A stretch of DNA of 37,776 bases from an uncultured Pseudomonadales bacterium (GTDB taxonomy: Bacteria; Patescibacteriota; Microgenomatia; UBA1400; PJMF01). Positions within the stretch are counted from its first letter, which is position 1; every line of letters begins with the position of its first letter. The notes beneath the pieces were generated by a model that was not told the origin of the DNA, did no database searches, and saw only the letters and a list, made by a program, of their open reading frames with translations. Positions 31,974 through 37,776 of the stretch are shown piece by piece. Location: assembly GCA_964609285.1 (NCBI GenBank), contig CAZSQY010000003.1:1-37776 (forward strand). The letters run 5' to 3'. The position numbers and the translations under genes were made by a program.

Positions 31974-32900
31974 CTACCCCTCAACCCACTCAATCGGCCT
32001 TCTTGGATTTTCACAGCCGTAAACAAAATCACTATCGCTGCTGGGATAAGATTTAATATCACAGCGAGCGTATGGATCTGGTATACAATAATATTCCCTA
32101 GTCTCCTCCCAGTGACTCAAACATTCAGCAAACCCATCGCCCACACCGTAATTCCGCTTCATTAAACCACGTTCTCCGGGCTCACAAGCTTCAGGACAGC
32201 CATACGATAAACAGCTGTTCCCGCACCCTAGGTCTGTTACGCAATAATGTGTGCAACCCCAGTGAACATAAGCGCTCGAAGTATTACAGGTCCCAGGGTA
32301 ATTGGGCCACTCTGGATCAAAATCTGCGCACAGATCTTGGGTTTCTTCTGCAGGGAGTTCTGTTTCAGTATCAGGCGGGTTATACCCGCTTAAATTTTCA
32401 AAATCAGTTGAAATACATAAATAACAGCCTTCTTCAGGACATTCTTCGGTTGGTATGCCTTCAATGCTGTAGTGAGTCAGTTCGTGATCTTGAAAAGCCC
32501 GAGATTCAGGTAAAAAACAAAAAGCTCTTTTTTCATAGCCGTTTTGAGCTGTTGCATAAGTTCCAATAAAGTATTTTTGATAGCCGTTGACAAAACCTGC
32601 TTTTAATTCTTGGACATTGACCATGTTGGCAATGGTAAGTTGGCCAGCCGCAGAGTTTAATGGAACAGCAAAAACGTCTGTTACCCAAGGCGGCGGTTGA
32701 TTATTGGCGTACATTCTCTCGCTGGCTCTGAATAGATGCTCAATCAGTTGGATGCGAGCTGCGTCTCTTCCTCGGCTGATTTGTTCAATCGGGTTAATGG
32801 ACGACAAAACCATGGTGGCAAGAATACCAAAAATAGTGACGACGATTAGAATTTCGATTAAGGTAAAGGCTGAGTAAGGAGAATGGGCCTGTTTAATCAT
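31974..32900 (-). CDS. type IV pilin/pseudopilin-like protein with a large Cys-rich C-terminal domain
   Basis: The N-terminus MIKQAHSPYSAFTLIEILIVVTIFGILATMVL has the prepilin-type motif (A|FTLIE plus a hydrophobic helix). By hand count there are 17 Cys residues in the C-terminal half (for example WGCTHYCVTDLGCGNSCLSYGCPEACEPG). Confidence 0.75.
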   Translation of the reverse strand: MIKQAHSPYSAFTLIEILIVVTIFGILATMVLSSINPIEQISRGRDAARIQLIEHLFRASERMYANNQPPPWVTDVFAVPLNSAAGQLTIANMVNVQELKAGFVNGYQKYFIGTYATAQNGYEKRAFCFLPESRAFQDHELTHYSIEGIPTEECPEEGCYLCISTDFENLSGYNPPDTETELPAEETQDLCADFDPEWPNYPGTCNTSSAYVHWGCTHYCVTDLGCGNSCLSYGCPEACEPGERGLMKRNYGVGDGFAECLSHWEETREYYCIPDPYARCDIKSYPSSDSDFVYGCENPRRPIEWVEG

Positions 32901-32957
32901 GCAGATAGTATAACAAGAATATATTTGCTGATCAGCTCGTGGTTATTCAATGACTAT

Positions 32958-34409
32958 TTAATAATAGCGAATGGTCTGGTTGCGTTTTGGCCCAGTGCTC
33001 AGTAAAAAAGGCACAGCCTGCAAAGCTTGTGAAATAAAAGCAACATATTGTAATGTTTCTTGAGGTAAACCCTCTAACTTATTGATTTGCTCAATTTTTG
33101 ATCCGTCCCATGGGGGTAGTTCTACAAATTCCGGCTCAACTTGGTCTAAAAAGAGTTGATCCGGACGATAATCAACCTCTTTGCCATTGATTTTATAGCC
33201 CACGAAAACTTTGATTGGTGTGTCTGAGTAACAAATATCCAGATGAGTGATGACTAAATCCTCTACCCTGCCCACCTTAAATAAATAAGACAGCATGGGA
33301 AGATCTAGGTGGACAATATCTCTGGGGCGCCCGGTAGTGGCGCCAAACTCGTCGCCATCTTTTCGAATTCGATCAGCTAGTTTCTCATCCATCATGGTTG
33401 GCAGCCGCCGGGCGCCCACACTCGAAGTATAAGTGGCTTTAATTACCGCGGCTCTAACCGCTAACTGCTGAGGATCTATGATGCCTTCAGTTGATGACCA
33501 AATACCATCAAACCCGCAGTTGGAGGCGGTTACATCAGGATAAACTCCCCAGCGTTTATCTAAGCCCAAGGCTTGAGCTTTTTCAAACACCATTGGAGTT
33601 CCATTTTGCCAGTATTGTTTTAAATCCTGATACACCGGTTTAATAAACTCAGTTAAAACTTCTCTGGTTTTAGCCAACCGCTCAAGAAACTCATCAACCG
33701 ACCCAACCCTAACATCATCTGAGCCGAGTCTTGGTGCTTCTAATTTTGATAATTTAAAGCCTAAACCCTTGACCCAGCCGGCATACAAATCATAATGATC
33801 TTTAAACTTCTGCTGCCAGTTTTTAGCTGCCAAATCTCGCATGCGCAAAGGATGGCGGTAAATAATATCAGCATAGGCCGGTGAAATGCCGCGGCCGGTG
33901 GCACCTTTACTGCCGCGTGATCTCATTTTTAAAACAGCTTCAAAAGCGCGGTGGGTATCCAAACATAAAGCAGCCATTTCATCAATTTTTAAATTGGCTG
34001 GTATTTGCTGGCTATTAGCTGCTTGTTTAACATCTGCAATTTCAGTCACTAAATCCTCAGGATGCAAAACCATCTCTTTTCCTAAAATGACTGTGGCATT
34101 ATTTTGCAGCACTCCGGATCCAAGTTGATGCAAAGCGATTCTAATTTTGTCCACCTCAACTGTGTGACCGGCGTTGGCTCCGCCGTTATCGCGGTAATGG
34201 ACTACTTTCTTATGTTCCTTTAAAAATTTTGCAGTCAGTTCATCTGTGATCCGTCCTTTGCCTTCGTCTCCCAAAGCTCCGCCCACCACAGCAGCACTAT
34301 TTGGCCTCCGCCCTGTTTTGTTAAAAGGATTTTGTTTTTGCTTTTTCTCAACATTGAATAGTTTTTTTTGTTTATAAACCTGCTTGTATAGTTTTTTGAA
34401 ATTCCTCAT
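32958..34409 (-). CDS. purA: adenylosuccinate synthetase
   Basis: GDEGKGRITD, GGANAGHTV and GATTGRPR motifs. The ATG at 34409 overlaps the purB stop (ATGA) and gives a ~35-aa Lys-rich N-terminal extension. In-frame GTG GTG codons (the two Val of AAVVGGALGDEGKG, 7-8 codons before GDEGKG) would give a canonical-length N-terminus, so the start is uncertain. Confidence 0.85.
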   Translation of the reverse strand: MRNFKKLYKQVYKQKKLFNVEKKQKQNPFNKTGRRPNSAAVVGGALGDEGKGRITDELTAKFLKEHKKVVHYRDNGGANAGHTVEVDKIRIALHQLGSGVLQNNATVILGKEMVLHPEDLVTEIADVKQAANSQQIPANLKIDEMAALCLDTHRAFEAVLKMRSRGSKGATGRGISPAYADIIYRHPLRMRDLAAKNWQQKFKDHYDLYAGWVKGLGFKLSKLEAPRLGSDDVRVGSVDEFLERLAKTREVLTEFIKPVYQDLKQYWQNGTPMVFEKAQALGLDKRWGVYPDVTASNCGFDGIWSSTEGIIDPQQLAVRAAVIKATYTSSVGARRLPTMMDEKLADRIRKDGDEFGATTGRPRDIVHLDLPMLSYLFKVGRVEDLVITHLDICYSDTPIKVFVGYKINGKEVDYRPDQLFLDQVEPEFVELPPWDGSKIEQINKLEGLPQETLQYVAFISQALQAVPFLLSTGPKRNQTIRYY

Positions 34410-35800
34410 ATTGCTTCTTTCTTGACTACTTGATATATTTGCTGGCCGGTTTGTTTAGCAAGTTTAGCTGATAAGCCGGTATAATCACTCGGTGTTAACT
34501 TTTCAAGTTTGGGGTTAATTTTCGAGACACTTTGCTGCCAGCTGCTTTTGTCAAGAGTGGTGTTTTTACTTAGTTTAGCCAATTTTTCATAGGCCTGCTG
34601 GTCTCCTTGCTGACGGGCTATGGTTTGAGCTGCTTCGGCCAAGATGTTCCAGTTAGCTTCCAGATCCTGTTTAATCTTTGTTTTATTGGGCTCAATCTGA
34701 CTTAAGCCCTTGTTGAGCTTTGAGTAAGCTAATAAACAATGGCCAAAAGCTGTGCCAATATTGCGTCGAATGGTGCTGTCAGATAAATCTCTCTGCAGGC
34801 GGCTTATAGGGAACTGACAAATAAAAATTTGCAGCAAGCCATTGGCCAGTTTTAAATTGCCTTCGCTATTTTCAAACTCAATCGGATTAATCTTTTGCGG
34901 CATAGTGGAAGACCCAACATGCTTTTTCTTACCCTTTTGAGCTAGCCAGCCATCGCTGATATAACGCCAGATATCTTGATTTAAGCCGATTAAAATAGAG
35001 TTAAAATGCTCTAAGAGTTGGAATAACTGCACCAGATCGTCTTGAGGATTAATTTGAGTAGTGATACTTAAATGTTCGAAGCCCAGTTTTTCTACAAATT
35101 TTTGGCTGAACTCAATCCAGTTAACATCAGAAAAAGCCAGGTTTAGGGCTTGATAGCCGCCGACTGCTCCGTTTAACTTACCCTGCAGCTGTGTATTTTT
35201 AAGTTTTATATATAAAGGCAGGAGTCTTGATGCGAACACAGCCAGTTCTTTACCCAAGGTGGTGGGGATGGCCGCTTGGCCGTGGGTTCTGGCCAGCATG
35301 GGTAAAGCAGCGTGTTTTTGGCTTAAATCAGCTAAATTAAGTAAAAGAGTTTTTAATTCAGGTTTAATAATTTCATTTAAACCTTGTTTTATCATCAAGC
35401 GGTAGGCCAAATTATTCACGTCTTCTGAAGTCAAGCCAAAGTGAATAAAAGGGATAAGATCTTTTAAAGTTGTTTGCTCAAACTCTTGGCGAATAAAGTA
35501 CTCCACAGCTTTAACATCATGATGAGTTTTTTCTTCAATAGCTTTGATTTGCTCTGGGGTACTTGACTTGGGTTTTAGAAGCTGTACTAGTATGTCTTTT
35601 TCTTTTTTAGAAAAACTGCGAATAATTTTATGTTTGGATAGAGCTTGGAGGTATTTAATTTCTATCAATAATCTATGTTGAATCAGAGCGGCCTCGTTAA
35701 AGATCTTAGCAAGAGGTTTAGTTTGGTGGGCATAACGGTCATCTAAAGGCGACAAAGCCAGTTGAGGGGTGTGTCCCATTACTGATCTAGTATAAAACAA
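34406..35800 (-). CDS. purB: adenylosuccinate lyase
   Basis: LSPLDDRY near the N-terminus, the fumarate-lyase signature GSSTMPQKINP, and 464 aa. Confidence 0.9.
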   Translation of the reverse strand: MFYTRSVMGHTPQLALSPLDDRYAHQTKPLAKIFNEAALIQHRLLIEIKYLQALSKHKIIRSFSKKEKDILVQLLKPKSSTPEQIKAIEEKTHHDVKAVEYFIRQEFEQTTLKDLIPFIHFGLTSEDVNNLAYRLMIKQGLNEIIKPELKTLLLNLADLSQKHAALPMLARTHGQAAIPTTLGKELAVFASRLLPLYIKLKNTQLQGKLNGAVGGYQALNLAFSDVNWIEFSQKFVEKLGFEHLSITTQINPQDDLVQLFQLLEHFNSILIGLNQDIWRYISDGWLAQKGKKKHVGSSTMPQKINPIEFENSEGNLKLANGLLQIFICQFPISRLQRDLSDSTIRRNIGTAFGHCLLAYSKLNKGLSQIEPNKTKIKQDLEANWNILAEAAQTIARQQGDQQAYEKLAKLSKNTTLDKSSWQQSVSKINPKLEKLTPSDYTGLSAKLAKQTGQQIYQVVKKEAI

Positions 35801-35850
35801 ATTAACTCAAACGGCCAGAATTGATAACCGCTTTTGACTATAATAAACTT

Positions 35851-36447
35851 ATGAACATTCAAAACTTGACTCTTGGTCCTTTGAATACCAATTGTTATTT
35901 GTTGATCGACAATTTAAATGAAGAATGCCTGATTATTGATCCGGCTGATAGTGCTGAGACTATTAGTAGTGAAATTTTGCGCCAAAACTTGCAGCCGGTG
36001 GGCATGATAGCCACCCATGGCCATTATGATCACATTATGGCCGCTTATGAGCTGCAGTTAAGTTTTAATTTGCCTTTAAGCGTTCATAAAAAGGATGAGT
36101 TTTTAGTTGATGAGGTGGTTGAGCGAGCTGCTCACTGGGGACATCAAATGCCGGAACTACAAGCACCCAAGAAAAAAGAGTTTATTGATGAGGGTGATGA
36201 GGTGGTATGCGGAGAATTACGTTTACAGGTTATTCATACTCCCGGCCACACTCCGGGCGGTATTTGTTTGTTTGATTCAACAGAACAAGTTATTTTTACT
36301 GGCGACACTTTGTTTGCTGATGCTGTGGGTCGCACAGACCTTTCTTATTCCTCTAGCTCAAAGCTGAGAGAATCTTTAGATCGAATCAGGGATAAGTTTG
36401 AGGGTTATCAAGCCTATCCAGGTCATGGGAAAGAGTTTGTGATTTGA
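35851..36447 (+). CDS. MBL-fold metallo-hydrolase (glyoxalase II-like)
   Basis: NCYLLID..., the HGHYDH motif, HTPGHTPG and GDTLFADAVGRTD. I chose ATG 35851 (MNIQNLTLGPL) over the track's TTG at 35821. Confidence 0.8.
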   Translation: MNIQNLTLGPLNTNCYLLIDNLNEECLIIDPADSAETISSEILRQNLQPVGMIATHGHYDHIMAAYELQLSFNLPLSVHKKDEFLVDEVVERAAHWGHQMPELQAPKKKEFIDEGDEVVCGELRLQVIHTPGHTPGGICLFDSTEQVIFTGDTLFADAVGRTDLSYSSSSKLRESLDRIRDKFEGYQAYPGHGKEFVI

Positions 36448-36453
36448 ATATCA

Positions 36454-36474
36454 GCTCAATGCAATTTGAGTTTT
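36454..36474 (+). terminator. weak hairpin plus T-run between convergent genes
   Basis: CTCAA-TGCAAT-TTGAG followed by TTTTT. The stem is only 5 bp. Confidence 0.25.
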
Positions 36475-36484
36475 TGCTCAGTGA

Positions 36485-37108
36485 TTAGACCAGCGGCACA
36501 AAAGCAACCCCAGACTCTGTTTCTTGCTTCCAACCATCTTCTTGTTTAGTGTAAATGACCAGACGCTGCCCCAGTGTTTGTTTGATGGGCGTCACTATTT
36601 TACCACTCGTCTTGAGCTGATCTTTCCAAGCCGGTGGGACTTCTGCGGCAGCAGCAGCGGCAATAATGCCGTCATAAGGAGCTTGTTTAGCATAGCCTTT
36701 TTTGCCGTCGCCGGTAATAATCTTAACATTTTGATAATCAAGCTGTTTTAAGGTTTCTCTGGCTTGTTGAGCTAGTTCCGGCACGATCTCAATGCCTATC
36801 ACCTGCTCGACTATTTCAGCTAATACTGCCGCTTGATAACCGCTGCCGGCTCCAACTTCCAAAATTTTGTCTGTTGCTTCTAGCTCTAGCAACTGGCACA
36901 TTTTAGCCACAATGTAGGGCTGGCTAATGGTTTGCTTATGTCCGATAGGCACCGGAGAGTCAGCATAAGCTTGTTGCTTATATTCTGATGGCACGAATTT
37001 CTCCCGCGGAACTTTAGACATGGCCTGCAAAACTTTTTGGTCAGTGATATCGCGAGTTTTGAGTTGAGTTTCAACCATTAATTGGCGTTGTTGAGAAAAA
37101 TTTGGCAT
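36485..37108 (-). CDS. pcm: protein-L-isoaspartate O-methyltransferase
   Basis: 207-aa ORF with QTISQPYIVA and the SAM-binding motif ILEVGAGSGYQAAVLAE. Confidence 0.9.
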   Translation of the reverse strand: MPNFSQQRQLMVETQLKTRDITDQKVLQAMSKVPREKFVPSEYKQQAYADSPVPIGHKQTISQPYIVAKMCQLLELEATDKILEVGAGSGYQAAVLAEIVEQVIGIEIVPELAQQARETLKQLDYQNVKIITGDGKKGYAKQAPYDGIIAAAAAAEVPPAWKDQLKTSGKIVTPIKQTLGQRLVIYTKQEDGWKQETESGVAFVPLV

Positions 37109-37281
37109 AAATGAATTTTAAACTTAATTTGTAACTCAATTTAATAGTAGGGGGCGCTTTTAGAGTTTTTGTAAGATAATTGTAAGAGGATGGAAATTAA
37201 GGATAATTTTAAATCTAGTAGTTGTTAATGTCTTATAAAAATATTAAAATATAAGATTAATTATAAGGTCTTAAAGTAAAT

Positions 37282-37776
37282 ATGAACAAAGCTTCTTTTT
37301 TTAATATGCCCAGCCGCGACCGCGTGCTTTTGTTTTTAAATGTTTTTTCAGTTTTTGTGATTGTGGGAGTAAGTTTGTTGCTGCCGGGGAGTTATGTGTT
37401 AAAAACAGAGGGCAACAAAGTATTGGCCACTAGCGATAATGTTTGTCAGGGTGAAGGATATTATGATGAATGGAATGGAGAAAGCTTAGGCTGGATAAAG
37501 TTCGAAGCTGAAGAATCAGGACAAAGCGATGATTTAATTCAACATGATTTTGCTACAGATTTTGACTTTGATGTTGTAATAGAACAAATTTGTGTCAAAG
37601 GAGCTAACGTTAATAATCAAGGAAACAATTCAGGTAGTTATTTGCATGTATTTTTGGAAAATGGTTGGTTTGTTAATAACGGTGAAGATTGTATTCTTGC
37701 ATTTGGTATTGGTACTAGCTCTGGAGGTGCTGAAAGAAATGCTGATTTACAGGGTACAGTCTGTGCTGATTTATCA
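37282..37776 (+). CDS. hypothetical N-terminally anchored/secreted protein; 3' end cut by the window edge
   Basis: Not in the ORF track because it has no stop. ATG 37282 opens a frame that runs to the window end. It reads MNKASFFNMPSRDRVLLFLNVFSVFVIVGVSLLLPGSYV..., a TM/signal segment followed by an acidic, Cys-containing soluble region. It is preceded by a 170-nt AT-rich spacer. Confidence 0.5.
   Translation, partial: MNKASFFNMPSRDRVLLFLNVFSVFVIVGVSLLLPGSYVLKTEGNKVLATSDNVCQGEGYYDEWNGESLGWIKFEAEESGQSDDLIQHDFATDFDFDVVIEQICVKGANVNNQGNNSGSYLHVFLENGWFVNNGEDCILAFGIGTSSGGAERNADLQGTVCADLS

Noticed and set aside
31914-32165. 83-aa plus-strand ORF starting in the tRNA-Gln fragment and palindrome (MNPSLPAGRQAGHQ...).
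   Set aside because: Its start is created by the palindrome and tRNA fragment. The rest is antisense to the well-supported pilin-like gene.
1-37776. CRISPR arrays, IS elements or transposases, integrases, toxin-antitoxin pairs, known defence-system genes, and an alternative genetic code (UGA reassignment).
   Set aside because: By eye there is no spaced direct-repeat array and no transposase, integrase or reverse-transcriptase-like ORF. The GNAT at 14532-14963 has no upstream antitoxin-like ORF. TGA terminates well-conserved genes (for example 761-763 and 34406-34408), so the standard code applies.

Overview
This is a gene-dense, AT-rich bacterial chromosomal window that uses the standard code, with TGA as a stop. 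I call about 35 protein genes, three tRNAs (Arg-UCU, His-GUG, Gln-UUG) and one decayed tRNA-His copy. I saw no rRNA, CRISPR array, transposase or integrase.

Housekeeping content:
- uvrB, uvrA, a transglutaminase-like gene and uvrC lie together on the minus strand.
- Other recognisable genes are pyruvate kinase, flavodoxin, an [FeFe]-hydrogenase, a small ORF plus dinB, cyclophilin, pepF, a polyprenyl synthase, purB-purA, pcm and a type IV pilin-like protein.
- The tight packing (several ATGA or 1-nt overlaps), the fermentative gene set, the pilin and the divergent housekeeping proteins suggest a small-genome Patescibacteria/CPR-like organism. This is inference only.

The most system-like region is the minus-strand operon at 1-4094. 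It encodes a 7TM protein, an alpha-L-glutamate-ligase-like ATP-grasp fused to a retropepsin-like domain that appears inactive (DTG to KTG), a DUF1704/MATCAP-type metallocarboxypeptidase, and a RimK-type ATP-grasp. I read it as a predicted peptide-ligation and trimming module with no known substrate.

The most unexplained non-coding signal is a pair of paralogous GC-rich modules downstream of tRNA-Arg and tRNA-Gln. Each follows a terminator-like hairpin and ends in a duplicate of the 3' ~20 nt of its own tRNA. The second duplicate is split by a perfect 20-nt palindrome. Separately, a 1.6-kb two-gene islet is bracketed by tRNA-His and a decayed tRNA-His copy.
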